Below are positions 9,920-21,373 of a DNA stretch of 64,000 nucleotides, piece by piece. Location: positions 186,001-250,000 of IMG/VR virus record IMGVR_UViG_3300032288_004964. One strand, 5' to 3'. A program made the position numbers and the translations under genes. Under the pieces are notes generated by a model. The model was not told the origin of the DNA and did no database searches. It saw nothing but the letters and a program-made list of their open reading frames with translations. Position 1 is the stretch's first letter. Every line of letters starts with the position of its first letter.

Positions 9920-10109
9920 TAAAAGATATATCAATAAAGAAACATTGATGGAATATAAAAAACAGGGTTTGCAAAGTTTAATTAATTTTATTAAAAAGCC
10001 AGATTCTCTAATAATAGAAGATGAGTTTTCTCAAAAAGTTTGTAACATAGTATTAAAGACTGATGAAAAACTTCTTTTTGTTGAACTATCTAAAATAGGA
10101 TTTTACTAA
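9909..10109 (+). CDS. Hypothetical protein (MGFNKRYI)
   Basis: 66-aa ORF coupled to its neighbours. Confidence 0.55.
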   Translation: MGFNKRYINKETLMEYKKQGLQSLINFIKKPDSLIIEDEFSQKVCNIVLKTDEKLLFVELSKIGFY

Positions 10110-10816
10110 TGAATTTATCTAAAAACTACTACTCTATTCTTGGAGTAGATTCTCAGTCTGATGAGAAAACAATAAAAAAAGCCTACTATAAACTATCATT
10201 CACACACCACCCAGATAAAGGTGGTGATCAAGTTATTTTTGGTGATATTACAGAAGCATATGATGTTCTTTGTGGTGAACAGAGAGTAGATTATGATTTA
10301 AAAAGTAAATTTGGTAATAACTATAATGAATATTTTGAATTATTTGAAATTAAAATTGACTTAGACTATGATGCTGAGAAAGAAAGATACGAAACATTTA
10401 AAAAGAATGATGTTTATAATATTCATGTAAAAGTTGATGAAAATTTTGATGGTAATTTAGAATATGAAAGATGGGTTAAATGTAAAACTTGTGATGGTAC
10501 TGGAAAAGACCTTTCCTCTAAAATAGTAATAAGAGATATTAATGGTAATATAACTAAAACTTTTGATGCTGATGATGGTTGTGACTTTTGTGAAGGTACT
10601 GGAAAAGACTATATGGGTAATTCTTGTTCATTTTGTTCCGGTAAAGGCAAAGTAGGATTAACACCTTGTAAGACTTGTAAAGGTGAAAAAAGAATATTAG
10701 GTAAACAAAAACTTACAGGTATTAAATTAACTGGTAAAGAAACTAAAATAGAAGCTATGGGTCATTTTGCTAAAAATGAACCAGGTAAAGTAGGTTATTT
10801 GTTGATACTAAATTAA
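10109..10816 (+). CDS. DnaJ-like co-chaperone
   Basis: J domain with HPD motif (HHPDKGG) and four CxxCxGxG zinc-finger repeats. Confidence 0.85.
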   Translation: MNLSKNYYSILGVDSQSDEKTIKKAYYKLSFTHHPDKGGDQVIFGDITEAYDVLCGEQRVDYDLKSKFGNNYNEYFELFEIKIDLDYDAEKERYETFKKNDVYNIHVKVDENFDGNLEYERWVKCKTCDGTGKDLSSKIVIRDINGNITKTFDADDGCDFCEGTGKDYMGNSCSFCSGKGKVGLTPCKTCKGEKRILGKQKLTGIKLTGKETKIEAMGHFAKNEPGKVGYLLILN

Positions 10817-13800
10817 GGAGCACCTGGACCTTCGATATCAAATAATCCAAAGTCAAAATTAACCTGTGCAGACCCACCATCCACTACTATAACTCCACCA
10901 CCACTTTCTCCAACTGAAACACCAACTCCACTAACAGGTAAACTAGAGGAAACAACACTCACACTATCAAACCCTATTGATATATTATCAAGGAATGAAA
11001 AGTTAGAATTTGTATAATCTATAAAAGGAGCTACTCCTTGGAAAGGAATTTGAACAGATTTGTTAATATTAACTTCAGTAAAATATTTGAAGAATGGCAC
11101 CATGTCTATTTCAAAGAAATTTAAATTATCAATTATAAAAGTTGATAGAGAAGATCCGTATAATCCACTGCCTTTAAAATTCATTGATAGATTTGTTTTT
11201 CCATAAAAATACTCATACTTTCTTGTAGAGGGTATGTCTATTGTTTCATTAGATATATATTTACTGGTTGATAAGTGGTCAATATTTTGATATATTGGTA
11301 AATATGTTGCTGGTAAAACAGTTGGAACTATTGGACTAGCTGTTGCTCCAAGTGTGTTAAGATATGCTACGCTGTCATAGTAAACATCTCTAACTATAGT
11401 ATTTATATTATTAAAGTGTATAACTGGTTGTAACCAATTATCTCCTTTATTCTTTGATCCACCACTTTTTTTATTATCTTGTTCTAATACAAAATAGTCA
11501 GTATTAACAGAATATGTTAGTAAATCAAACTCAACAACTGTATATCTTTGTTTTTCTATTGATGATATACTTCTGTTTCTTATAATATTCGGTGGTTGTG
11601 TTATATTCAATATACCTCCATTTCCAAATGCCTCAACCTTTAACTCTTTTCCTGTTATAGGATCAATACCTGAGTCAGTTGTTCTAGAGAATGTTATAGA
11701 TCCGGTTATTGGAGTTGGGTTAAGAGCGTTAACGAATGATGCTGATGAATATGTCCATCCTTGGTCTACGAATAATTGAGCATCTGGTCCGGTAGGTCCA
11801 AAATAGTCTTCAAATTTAGAAGAGTCTCCAATATAGTCTTCAAATATTTTATATTTTGTTCCTAATTTATAATCTCTTTCAGTGATTGAAAAACTATCTC
11901 TAAATTTAGATGTACTTGATAAAACATCATATGTTGGCCATCCATATAAATTATTTTGTGAATATGATCTTCTAGATCCATCTAATAATGTTTGTGGTTT
12001 TCCTATATTAACAGCAGAATATGAATCAAAGTTAACATCTATCCATGAGTTATAAATAAAAACACTATCAGAATCAAGTGATGTAACTGATGTTATTGTT
12101 GACACATTATGACTTCTGAAGTCAAAATTTTGAACTAGTCCATTTGATATATGTGTATAAACCCATCCACTTTCACTTATATTTGTTGCTGTGCCCCAAT
12201 CTATATTAGTTATAATTTGATATTCACTAGGTACTTGCAATACAGTTGTCCATCCATTATATTGTGGATTTACACTGATATTATCTTTACTTATGTATAT
12301 GTTATCACCTACTGTTAATTTATGTGGTGTAGAAAAGGTTAATCCAACTTTAGATGATGGTCTTAACCCTACGGTAACTGATGAATATACAGTATTGCTA
12401 AATGTCATTCCTAATTGAGTGGCATTAAAGTGACCACCATCAAATACACCATCTATCCAATTTGATTCAAACATTTCTGTTATTAGAGGGTAACCTTTGA
12501 ATAATCCATAATTCCAAACACCTTTAAAATATCCATTTAGAAATGCTCCTGATAACCAAACATTTTTAGTTATAAGTATTCTATGATCTTCCGAATCTAT
12601 TTCAATTCTTCTTAATGGAAAATTATTTACAAGTTCAACTATAATATAATTTGATGTTGATAATGTAGTTGTTGTTGAATAATTAACTGATAATATTGTA
12701 AAATAATTCTTAATAAGCTTTCTATCCTCATTAATATCTATAGCTACTATATTACCGATAGATACTTTATCACCTACACTAAATTTAGAAACTGAAGATG
12801 GTGGTCCTGATATTACAAATTTCCAATTTTTACCTTTTGTATAATCATAATATTTATTTACCTCATAAAATTCATAAACACCATCATCATACCTCCAACC
12901 ACTATTCCAAACACCATTTTCCCAAATACCTGATTTAAATAATCCGTTTCCTATTTTAGAAAATAATTGACTAACATTTAATGATTGAGTAGCATTAATT
13001 GTATTCCCAACACCGATATATGTACTATATACTGCTGATGTTAATCCTATTGCTGACAGTGTTGTTGGATTTGAATATGTTGCAGAGTTTGTTAATAGAT
13101 ATTGTCTATTATTACCAGGATGATAACCACCATCTACTTTTAGATTACTCAATACTATTGATGAGTATGTTGCTGATTTATTAGCTACAATTAGTAAATA
13201 TTGGTTACCTAATAGTCCGTAAAATTGAGCATCTGCTGATGATTGAGTAATAGATGCAATTAAAGTGCCCCCTGGTGGTAAAGAAAATGTAGGCCCTGCC
13301 GATGATGGTAATGATGGTGATAAGTATACCTTAATACCATCATTTAATCCACCTTGAATCTTTTGATATATAAAACTTACATTAAAGAAAGGATAAGGTA
13401 TTAACTTACTTAGAAAATTATTACCTCTAAAGTCATATGATGGTGCTCCAATTTTACCAATAGAAGTATCTACAATACCACACGGGTAATATAAACTAGT
13501 TGAACTATCAAACCAAACATATGACTTACTATCATCATAATATGCCCAACCAAGTGTGTCACCACTTGGGAAATTAGGATTTGCATAAGTATTAGATAAT
13601 CTATAGAAAGAAAATCCTTGTATATAAAAATCTATTTCATGAATTTTTAAATCTACTAAACCCTCTGTTGGTGATGTATCTGGTCCAAATTTAGTATTGG
13701 CTTTATACACAGCATAAGTGTTTGATGAAACATCAGTACTTGGAGATGAATAAAAATGTAAATAACCATTGCCTGGTGACGCTGGTGTGGCTGTGGCATA

Positions 13801-14082
13801 TCCCGCAGGATACCCAGTTACTATTATTGGATAATTATCATACATGAAACTAATATTCCAAGGATTTGTTACCGAAAATGAAGTTCCGGTTGAGTAAAAA
13901 TTTTCTACTTGTGTTATATACTGATAGTTTTTATTACTATTAAATGTTTTTGCAGAATCAGTATATGTTAATGATGGATAGTCTAATAAATTAGAACTAG
14001 ACACTTTTAAACTACCGCTACTAAAAATCCAACTATTGTAATTAGTAGACATTGATGTATAATATGAAGATATCCAAGTCAT
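10813..14082 (-). CDS. Large virion structural protein with W/G/F-rich beta-solenoid-like repeats
   Basis: 1089 aa, S/T/G/N-rich; SGIWENGVWNSGW and WLSGAFLNGYFKGVW repeats; appears related to the adjacent gene. Confidence 0.5.
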   Translation of the reverse strand: MTWISSYYTSMSTNYNSWIFSSGSLKVSSSNLLDYPSLTYTDSAKTFNSNKNYQYITQVENFYSTGTSFSVTNPWNISFMYDNYPIIVTGYPAGYATATPASPGNGYLHFYSSPSTDVSSNTYAVYKANTKFGPDTSPTEGLVDLKIHEIDFYIQGFSFYRLSNTYANPNFPSGDTLGWAYYDDSKSYVWFDSSTSLYYPCGIVDTSIGKIGAPSYDFRGNNFLSKLIPYPFFNVSFIYQKIQGGLNDGIKVYLSPSLPSSAGPTFSLPPGGTLIASITQSSADAQFYGLLGNQYLLIVANKSATYSSIVLSNLKVDGGYHPGNNRQYLLTNSATYSNPTTLSAIGLTSAVYSTYIGVGNTINATQSLNVSQLFSKIGNGLFKSGIWENGVWNSGWRYDDGVYEFYEVNKYYDYTKGKNWKFVISGPPSSVSKFSVGDKVSIGNIVAIDINEDRKLIKNYFTILSVNYSTTTTLSTSNYIIVELVNNFPLRRIEIDSEDHRILITKNVWLSGAFLNGYFKGVWNYGLFKGYPLITEMFESNWIDGVFDGGHFNATQLGMTFSNTVYSSVTVGLRPSSKVGLTFSTPHKLTVGDNIYISKDNISVNPQYNGWTTVLQVPSEYQIITNIDWGTATNISESGWVYTHISNGLVQNFDFRSHNVSTITSVTSLDSDSVFIYNSWIDVNFDSYSAVNIGKPQTLLDGSRRSYSQNNLYGWPTYDVLSSTSKFRDSFSITERDYKLGTKYKIFEDYIGDSSKFEDYFGPTGPDAQLFVDQGWTYSSASFVNALNPTPITGSITFSRTTDSGIDPITGKELKVEAFGNGGILNITQPPNIIRNRSISSIEKQRYTVVEFDLLTYSVNTDYFVLEQDNKKSGGSKNKGDNWLQPVIHFNNINTIVRDVYYDSVAYLNTLGATASPIVPTVLPATYLPIYQNIDHLSTSKYISNETIDIPSTRKYEYFYGKTNLSMNFKGSGLYGSSLSTFIIDNLNFFEIDMVPFFKYFTEVNINKSVQIPFQGVAPFIDYTNSNFSFLDNISIGFDSVSVVSSSLPVSGVGVSVGESGGGVIVVDGGSAQVNFDFGLFDIEGPGAP

Positions 14083-14122
14083 TATTTTATATATTTATTT
14101 TTACTGTTTTATTAATTTTATT

Positions 14123-17100
14123 TTAAAGTTCTGTTTCCTCCGGTGCTACATAAGTTGGTGGATTAACTGGTGATCCTGGTGTTGCATCTATAACTAAAGT
14201 ATTACTTGAAGGATCTTCAAATATATTCCAAATATGACAAGATGAAGTTCCACTCCATGACATACCTCTAAATAATATTTGTCTAGTATAGTCGTCCGTT
14301 ACTGAACCATCAAATTCAAAAGATGAACCATACCAGTTACCATTTCTCCATAATCCATTTTCCCAAAATACATTAAAGGCATTCATATAGTTAGAAGTAC
14401 CATTCTGCCATATCATACCATTTGCTGTACCTAAAGTAAATAAACCATCATTCCATTTAGATATATTAAAATCACCACCACTAAACACACCATTTTTCCA
14501 AACACAAGTATCATCATTTATATTAAAAGAGTTTGTAAGTCCAAATTTATTTGATGAATCTAATCTTCTAACATAAGGATTAAAAGAACTATTATTAAAT
14601 GTTCCTTGTTCGAATGTACCATCTAACCAAACACAGTTATTCATTTGACCACTTCTATGACTAAAAGTCCCGGTGACCCATAAGGCATTTTTCATAGTTG
14701 CCCTTTTTCTATTAACCAATTCAGAAAATTTTATATTATTTGAGCTTCTCTCAACTGTTGTTAATAATTCTTTATTTTTAATAAATTTATCTTTTGTTTC
14801 AGTTACAAAACCATCTCTCCACAATCCATAATATGAATGTGTGAAAGAATCGACAAATGATATAGAATTTGACTGATATGGATCATCTAAATATTCTACA
14901 ATTGATAAATAACTTATAGCTAATGATCCGGCTTGAGGACCAGCACCATCATAAAATGCTCTTATATTAATAATATCCTCTGTACAAGTAACAACACCTG
15001 TGAATGTTCCGTTATATGAATATATATACGGACCACTTGTAAAATAAGATGTTGGTGTTACAATAAGCATATTATCCTCTCCTTCTATTGGAGAATATGT
15101 TGACGCTGATCCAAGAAATACAACAAGTCCAACAGGATCTGTTTCACCATAAGCATAATCAACTGTTATTGTTATTAAATACTTACTGCCTGGTGTTAGA
15201 TTCGCTGGTGTTGTATTATATATTGTTAGTGGTACCATATTTAGTGTTCTATAATACAATATATAGCCACCACTTTGAAAAACTCTACCAAATCTATCAT
15301 CACTTTCAGCATCTATTATAAAACTTCCTACTGATGAGAAAACATTAGATGTAAAGGAAGTACTTGGACAATATTCTATCAATGATTTTAAATTAGTAAC
15401 TGGACCAACAGATGACCAAGTAGAACCTCCTTGAAATTCACCAGATACTAATATTCCATTATTCCAAACTTTTCCCTTGAATATTCCTCCATGCATTTCA
15501 CCATTCCACCAATTAGAATTTGTTAGACCATCAGCGGTCCCGAATTCACCACCGTTAAATACGCCATTTTGCCAAGTATATTCAGATTGATTATTTGATA
15601 TAGTATATGTTGCCCCATAATAAGAAGTTAACTTACCACCATTAAATGTTCCATTTAACCAAACAGCTGTGTTTGTGAAATTTCCACCATTGAATGTTCC
15701 GCTGGCCCAAGTAGCAGTTGCTTGTGGATCATTAACATTATTTCCAAAAATACCTGATTGAAAAATACCATTTTGCCAATTTATTCCAGTAAATCCAGTT
15801 GAATATGTTCCACCTGAGTAAAAGTTTGAGTTAATTACAACACCACCACTAAATGTACCACCATAGAAGTTATTATCAGTAACATTAAATTTATCATCAC
15901 CAAAAATACCATCATAGAATATACCATCTGTCCATGTTGATTTATAAATTTTACCACCTTTAAATGAACCTCTTTCCCAAACAGACTCAAAAAACTGACC
16001 ATTATAAAATGTTCCATTTTCCCAAGTAAACCTATCATTTATCATAGCAAATGGAATGTTACCTGAACTCTTATAGTAGCTAGATTCCGAGTTATCAAAG
16101 AATAAATTATTATAAATAGATGTTTTATTTTGATAAAAAATTCCATTATTAAATGATCCATTTTTCCAATTAGATTCTACGAATGATCCATTATTAAAAT
16201 TAGCACCTTCCCATAAAGATCTCCAAAATACACCATTATACCATACATCATTATTAATATTACCTATTCTATTTATATAGCTTGTTGAAATTAATCCTGA
16301 CTTTATTGAATTTCCATTTTTTGAAAAAATAGAATCCATTATAACTAAACTTTTTAATTTAATTTTATCATTAAATAAATAATCAGAGTTATCAAATGTA
16401 TCTGAATATATTGTAGAATTAGATATAAAAGCTCTTCTAATTATTCCACTTTTAATAGTAGAATTATTAATTCTAACTTTATGTAAATAATTATATCTGT
16501 TTGTTCCAATTATACTACTTGTTAGTCCATCTGGTGATGTTAAAAATATACCACTACCTGTTAAAGATGATACTATTGTAGATGTTGTTCCAATTAAATA
16601 TTCACTTAATCTAAAAGGAAATATAGTATCAATTTTCCAAATATTTGTAAGTCTAGTTACACTATTACCATTATTGTAATCAATAGCATTAAGATAAACA
16701 ACATCACCAGCTTTGTAATATTCATCTTTTAGTCTAGTAGTATCAATTGGTAAAGTAGTTGATAATTGAGTAGATGAAACTACCGATATAGAATACGATC
16801 CATAGTTAGGATTACCATCAATTTTAGTATCTGAATTATAGTTATACAAATCACCACTGTTCCAATTAGACCTTTCAAATAAACCACTATTAAAGTAGGA
16901 ATCTACTATATAAGCATCTGATATATTTATATTGTTACCAATATAAGATAAAGTACCACCAATTGGTAAACTTTCAAATGTGTAGTTATAATCATTAGTG
17001 GTACTGAAAAATCCACCTATATATGATAAGTAAGGTTCGATTCTTACAGTTACATCAATAGACGGTAATTGAATATCATTTAATGAATATGTTCCAGTTA

Positions 17101-18820
17101 CATAAGTAATTCCCGTTAAGTAAGCACTTAATTTATAAGTATTTTCTGCTTTACTTGAAAGTTTACATGTAAAATCAATTGATTTTTTTGTAAATCCTGT
17201 AGTAGTTTCTACATCTTCATAATCTGAATAAGAATCTAATATAAATCCTCTATCAAAGAAATTTAATATCTTATTATATTTAAGTGTCCAATAATCTTCC
17301 GAATTTAATTTAAGTCCTTTTATAAAAAACTTATCTAAACTTTTCATTCTAGAATAATCTGATTCTGAAATATAAAATTTGTATATTTTATACTTAGTAT
17401 TGGAACTATTTCCATTTAAATGTGCGTTCCACTCATCATATGCTTGTATTTTAATAATATTATCACTATTATAATTTGATTTATAAAATACAGCATCAGT
17501 AAAATATGAGTTGATTGATTTTACATTTTCAAAATATGAGTTATTTGTTCTACTATTCTTAACAACAGAGTTATAAACATAAGAACTTTCAAAATCACAA
17601 GAAGTAAAATCACCTTTATTAATTTTATTTGAAACATCAACTGATAGATTTTGATAGTATTTATCAGCCACTGAATAAGTTGAACTAGCTAATCCTACAT
17701 TACAATGTATAAAATTACCATTATTAATTACAGATTTAGTAAAATCCATGTTTATAAAATAACTATATCCAAATCCTCTATTATTCACAATGTTATCTTT
17801 TTGAACTGGTAATCCAAACTCATCAAACTCAGCAAAATAACTTTTTTCAGGTATGAAGATTGAATTTATTGCTCCTGACTTCCATTCAGTATTTATAACA
17901 GTACCGTTATTCCAAGCTGAGTCAACACCTTCCCAATTTATCTTTTCATCATAAGATCCATAAACACCTTTATTCCACTTCCCCTTAAAATTACCTCTTC
18001 TAAAATTTGACTTAGTTATAAAAGGTCTCATATACTGTGGATCTATCTCCCAAGTATTTGTTGATGTTTTATAAAAATAAATATCATCTTCTCTAAACTC
18101 TTTACTACCATAAGTAAAATTCTCATTAATTACAATAACTCTACCATTATTACTAAAGTTAGTAGATAAATAAGAGGTTAAGTTATTAGATAAGAAATCA
18201 TTAGTTATATTAACCCAGTTAGCGGGTGAACTTGTATCTCTAACATAAAATCCAGACTGTGTTACACCACCATTATCACCTAAGTCTGTTAAAAGAGATG
18301 CTGGTGGTTTGCCATTATAAGCACCATCTACAAATATGATATTATTTTGACCAATTTCAAATTTATTAGCAAAAGAATCTCTAGCTATATATTGGTCATT
18401 AACATAATCAAATTCTCTTTGATTTCTAACATGGTGAACTTTAATAAAGTTATCATAATCATCTTCTATCCAAGGTAAATCACCGGTATAATCTAAATCA
18501 AGTGTGATTTTACATCTATCAATATCTAATATTTTATATCCATCTCTGCCTCTTTTATATCTATCAGCATCAATTAATAAATCACTATCATAATTACCAT
18601 TAATAATAAAAACTCTATCGCCTTTTTTTAGATTACTATCAATTTCAGTGTAAATAATAGTTTTTTCATACCCAGCAATAATAACAGGTTCAACCCAATT
18701 TATTAATCTAGGTGAAGCAGAAAGATTTGAATAATCAACAATAGCCCTTTTTCTAACAAGACTTCCTTCTGATTTTATGTTTCTACTAATATTTAAATTC
18801 CTTGTTGATAAATTAATCAT
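14123..18820 (-). CDS. Very large virion structural protein with WxxGxFxxG repeats
   Basis: 1565 aa; many W(E/Q/K)NGxFxGG-type 10-aa repeats. Confidence 0.55.
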   Translation of the reverse strand: MINLSTRNLNISRNIKSEGSLVRKRAIVDYSNLSASPRLINWVEPVIIAGYEKTIIYTEIDSNLKKGDRVFIINGNYDSDLLIDADRYKRGRDGYKILDIDRCKITLDLDYTGDLPWIEDDYDNFIKVHHVRNQREFDYVNDQYIARDSFANKFEIGQNNIIFVDGAYNGKPPASLLTDLGDNGGVTQSGFYVRDTSSPANWVNITNDFLSNNLTSYLSTNFSNNGRVIVINENFTYGSKEFREDDIYFYKTSTNTWEIDPQYMRPFITKSNFRRGNFKGKWNKGVYGSYDEKINWEGVDSAWNNGTVINTEWKSGAINSIFIPEKSYFAEFDEFGLPVQKDNIVNNRGFGYSYFINMDFTKSVINNGNFIHCNVGLASSTYSVADKYYQNLSVDVSNKINKGDFTSCDFESSYVYNSVVKNSRTNNSYFENVKSINSYFTDAVFYKSNYNSDNIIKIQAYDEWNAHLNGNSSNTKYKIYKFYISESDYSRMKSLDKFFIKGLKLNSEDYWTLKYNKILNFFDRGFILDSYSDYEDVETTTGFTKKSIDFTCKLSSKAENTYKLSAYLTGITYVTGTYSLNDIQLPSIDVTVRIEPYLSYIGGFFSTTNDYNYTFESLPIGGTLSYIGNNINISDAYIVDSYFNSGLFERSNWNSGDLYNYNSDTKIDGNPNYGSYSISVVSSTQLSTTLPIDTTRLKDEYYKAGDVVYLNAIDYNNGNSVTRLTNIWKIDTIFPFRLSEYLIGTTSTIVSSLTGSGIFLTSPDGLTSSIIGTNRYNYLHKVRINNSTIKSGIIRRAFISNSTIYSDTFDNSDYLFNDKIKLKSLVIMDSIFSKNGNSIKSGLISTSYINRIGNINNDVWYNGVFWRSLWEGANFNNGSFVESNWKNGSFNNGIFYQNKTSIYNNLFFDNSESSYYKSSGNIPFAMINDRFTWENGTFYNGQFFESVWERGSFKGGKIYKSTWTDGIFYDGIFGDDKFNVTDNNFYGGTFSGGVVINSNFYSGGTYSTGFTGINWQNGIFQSGIFGNNVNDPQATATWASGTFNGGNFTNTAVWLNGTFNGGKLTSYYGATYTISNNQSEYTWQNGVFNGGEFGTADGLTNSNWWNGEMHGGIFKGKVWNNGILVSGEFQGGSTWSSVGPVTNLKSLIEYCPSTSFTSNVFSSVGSFIIDAESDDRFGRVFQSGGYILYYRTLNMVPLTIYNTTPANLTPGSKYLITITVDYAYGETDPVGLVVFLGSASTYSPIEGEDNMLIVTPTSYFTSGPYIYSYNGTFTGVVTCTEDIINIRAFYDGAGPQAGSLAISYLSIVEYLDDPYQSNSISFVDSFTHSYYGLWRDGFVTETKDKFIKNKELLTTVERSSNNIKFSELVNRKRATMKNALWVTGTFSHRSGQMNNCVWLDGTFEQGTFNNSSFNPYVRRLDSSNKFGLTNSFNINDDTCVWKNGVFSGGDFNISKWNDGLFTLGTANGMIWQNGTSNYMNAFNVFWENGLWRNGNWYGSSFEFDGSVTDDYTRQILFRGMSWSGTSSCHIWNIFEDPSSNTLVIDATPGSPVNPPTYVAPEETEL

Positions 18821-18869
18821 TAACTAAATAGAATGTTTCTACTATATATAAATTTATTAATAGTTTCTA

Positions 18870-18900
18870 TTGTATAACTTGAGATTTTTACCTATCTTTG
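18870..18900 (+). promoter_or_regulatory. Bacteroidota-type sigma-A promoter (-33/-7)
   Basis: TTG (18870-72), 20-nt spacer, TATCTTTG (18893-900) upstream of the Sir2 gene. Confidence 0.65.
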
Positions 18901-18923
18901 TTATATAATTTCATATAAATTAA

Positions 18924-19664
18924 ATGAGAAAAAAAATATTAGTATTTACTGGGGCTGGAGTCTCTGCTGAAAGTGGAATACAGACCTTTAGAGACTTAAA
19001 TAACGGGCTTTGGTACAACTTCAAGGTTGAAGATGTAGCTACACCAGAAGGTTGGAAAAAAGATAGATTAAAGGTTCTTGATTTTTATAATCAAAGACGT
19101 TCTCAACTAAAAGATGTTCAACCTAATTTAGCACATAAAATAATTGCAGATTTAGAAAAAGAATTTGATGTTACTATTATTACACAGAATGTAGATGACT
19201 TACATGAAAGAGCTGGATCTACAAATGTTGTTCATCTTCATGGTGAACTAACAAAGGCAAGGGGATGTATGTATGACCAATCACTAGAATTAGATAATAT
19301 TATTGATATTGGATATAATCCTATTAATATAGGAGATAAATGTCCTAAAACTGGTTCTCAGTTAAGACCACATATTGTTTGGTTTGGTGAAATGTTAGAT
19401 TATGGAAATCTTGAATATTCAAGAAAAGTAGCCACAATGGCAGATGCTTGTGTTGTTATTGGGACTTCTATGCAAGTAACGCCTGCTAATATGATACCAT
19501 TCACAACAAAAGAAAATTGTTTGATTTACTATGTAGATCCAAGTGAGGTTGATTTTAAAATATCAGATTATAGAATGGCTTTCTTTTATCATTTTCAAGA
19601 AAAAGCAACAATTGGGATGAAAAAAGTATATGATGATTTAATTAACACTTTTAAAAATAAATAA
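18924..19664 (+). CDS. Sir2/CobB-family NAD-dependent protein deacylase
   Basis: GAGVSAESGIQTFR, TQNVDDLHERAG, HLHG, RPHIVWFGE and GTSMQV motifs. Confidence 0.9.
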   Translation: MRKKILVFTGAGVSAESGIQTFRDLNNGLWYNFKVEDVATPEGWKKDRLKVLDFYNQRRSQLKDVQPNLAHKIIADLEKEFDVTIITQNVDDLHERAGSTNVVHLHGELTKARGCMYDQSLELDNIIDIGYNPINIGDKCPKTGSQLRPHIVWFGEMLDYGNLEYSRKVATMADACVVIGTSMQVTPANMIPFTTKENCLIYYVDPSEVDFKISDYRMAFFYHFQEKATIGMKKVYDDLINTFKNK

Positions 19665-19665
19665 T

Positions 19666-20046
19666 ATGGAAAAGAAAAAAATCGAATTGGAATCACGTAT
19701 TTCCGAAATTATCAAAATGGATAATAAATGTCATGCTCATTTTGAATATAATAAATCTAATATCACCATAACAACATTTAATCCAATAAAGAATGAAACA
19801 TTCTTACTACTTAATATACCTTGTAGTAATGAAGTAGAAGGTTTGGAAAAAGCTTTAATTTGGGTTAAAGAACATTCAAGAGAAGAAGTATCTCATACAG
19901 TTATTTGGACAAAAAGAGGAGAAGCAAGTACATATAAATCATATTTTTACGCTTCAAATATGAGAAAAGTAATTGATAAATTTTATCATGATAAAAATGA
20001 ATTAGATTATATTATCTATGAAATTAAAGTAAATCCAATATCATGA
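19666..20046 (+). CDS. Hypothetical protein
   Basis: 126-aa ORF in operon. Confidence 0.55.
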   Translation: MEKKKIELESRISEIIKMDNKCHAHFEYNKSNITITTFNPIKNETFLLLNIPCSNEVEGLEKALIWVKEHSREEVSHTVIWTKRGEASTYKSYFYASNMRKVIDKFYHDKNELDYIIYEIKVNPIS

Positions 20047-20381
20047 TAAATATCTTAAAGTTTGATAATTATCGAGATGGTGGTACTATTGCTCTAAAGT
20101 GTAATATAGGTGGAACACAATGGTCTAAGTATCTATCTGACCATCATTTAAATAATGATGAGTATGAGATTTGCTTAGATGGAAGATCTGGTAAAGAACC
20201 TAAAATTTGGTTGGGTTATCCTGGTTCAGAAGACTCTCAATTAATTGAGGAAAAGGAACTGATTGATGATATTATTAAGAGAATAGAGTCATTTAAAAAG
20301 ACTCAAAATTGGAGAATGGATCAATTTATTAATTTTGAAGCAAATGTAAGAGATTGGAAAATTAAAAATATATTAAAATGA
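20043..20381 (+). CDS. Hypothetical protein with C-terminal RDWKIKNIL motif
   Basis: 112-aa ORF, ATGA overlap. Confidence 0.55.
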   Translation: MINILKFDNYRDGGTIALKCNIGGTQWSKYLSDHHLNNDEYEICLDGRSGKEPKIWLGYPGSEDSQLIEEKELIDDIIKRIESFKKTQNWRMDQFINFEANVRDWKIKNILK

Positions 20382-20656
20382 AAGAAGACTTTTTAGACAT
20401 ATATAAAAAATACTCAAAGAGTAAATTTGGAAAATATCATATCTCATATGATCCAGCTAATGAATCATTTGAAGTGAATGGATATCATGATAGTTCTAGT
20501 AGTTGGGGATATGAGGATTTAATTAAATATGCTACAGATTATTATAATGATCATACTATTGTAATGCCCGAAACTCCTGAAGAAAAAGCAGCTCGTGAGT
20601 TAAAAGAAAAGGCTATTAATCGAAATGAAAAAATAGATAAAATTTTAGGAGAATAA
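20378..20656 (+). CDS. Hypothetical protein with C-terminal RNEKIDKIL motif
   Basis: 92-aa ORF, ATGA overlap. Confidence 0.55.
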   Translation: MKEDFLDIYKKYSKSKFGKYHISYDPANESFEVNGYHDSSSSWGYEDLIKYATDYYNDHTIVMPETPEEKAARELKEKAINRNEKIDKILGE

Positions 20657-21216
20657 TGTCACAAATATCAATTATGAATTGGATTATGGCTTTTTTAATA
20701 GTAGTGCCTTTATTTGCTTTTTTTATTTCTATTCCAAGTTTCTCATCTATGTATAAGATTGGATTCAAATATTATTTTAAACAATTATCACTTCTAAGAA
20801 TAATGTTAAAGAAATTATCTCTTAGTTATAAAATTACTAAGCCTCAAACATATACATATACATATGGTAATTCTCAAATATCAAAATCTACAGTTATTGA
20901 AACCAATTACTTTTTTCCCATCTTTATTAATAAAGATCGCCTTTTAGTTATTTCTAAAAAAGAGGGAAAATTTAATACTTTGTATATTCAAGATTGTACT
21001 CAGAAAGATAGTGAATGGATAAGTAATAGTATTGAGATAAAAACATCTACCTGTTTATTAACACAAATTCTAAATGATAAGTTACAAAGAAAAGTTGATA
21101 ATCTTATGAAAGAATCTATTCAACTTGAAGATGTTGAAAATTTAAATGAATTATTGAATAGTGAAATAACTTCTATTAAAAGAGAAGATAAACTTAAAGC
21201 CTTGTTAGATGGATAA
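20656..21216 (+). CDS. Membrane-anchored hypothetical protein with C-terminal REDKLKALL motif
   Basis: N-terminal hydrophobic helix; 186 aa. Confidence 0.55.
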   Translation: MSQISIMNWIMAFLIVVPLFAFFISIPSFSSMYKIGFKYYFKQLSLLRIMLKKLSLSYKITKPQTYTYTYGNSQISKSTVIETNYFFPIFINKDRLLVISKKEGKFNTLYIQDCTQKDSEWISNSIEIKTSTCLLTQILNDKLQRKVDNLMKESIQLEDVENLNELLNSEITSIKREDKLKALLDG

Positions 21217-21373
21217 AAAAGATATTATTATAGTAGATCATATTAGTATGATAAGTCAGACTAAATATGATTCTAGTTTGATTGAGAGACTTAGTATAAA
21301 AGTTGCTAATATTCGTAAGTACAGAGGTAGAATTAATCGGAGAAAAGAAAAAATTAAAAGATTATATGAATAA
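21209..21373 (+). CDS. Small protein not in the ORF track; helicase Walker-B-like IIIVDHI segment
   Basis: Hand-translated 54 aa MDKKDIIIVDHISMISQTKY...RRKEKIKRLYE, overlapping both neighbours. Confidence 0.45.
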   Translation: MDKKDIIIVDHISMISQTKYDSSLIERLSIKVANIRKYRGRINRRKEKIKRLYE

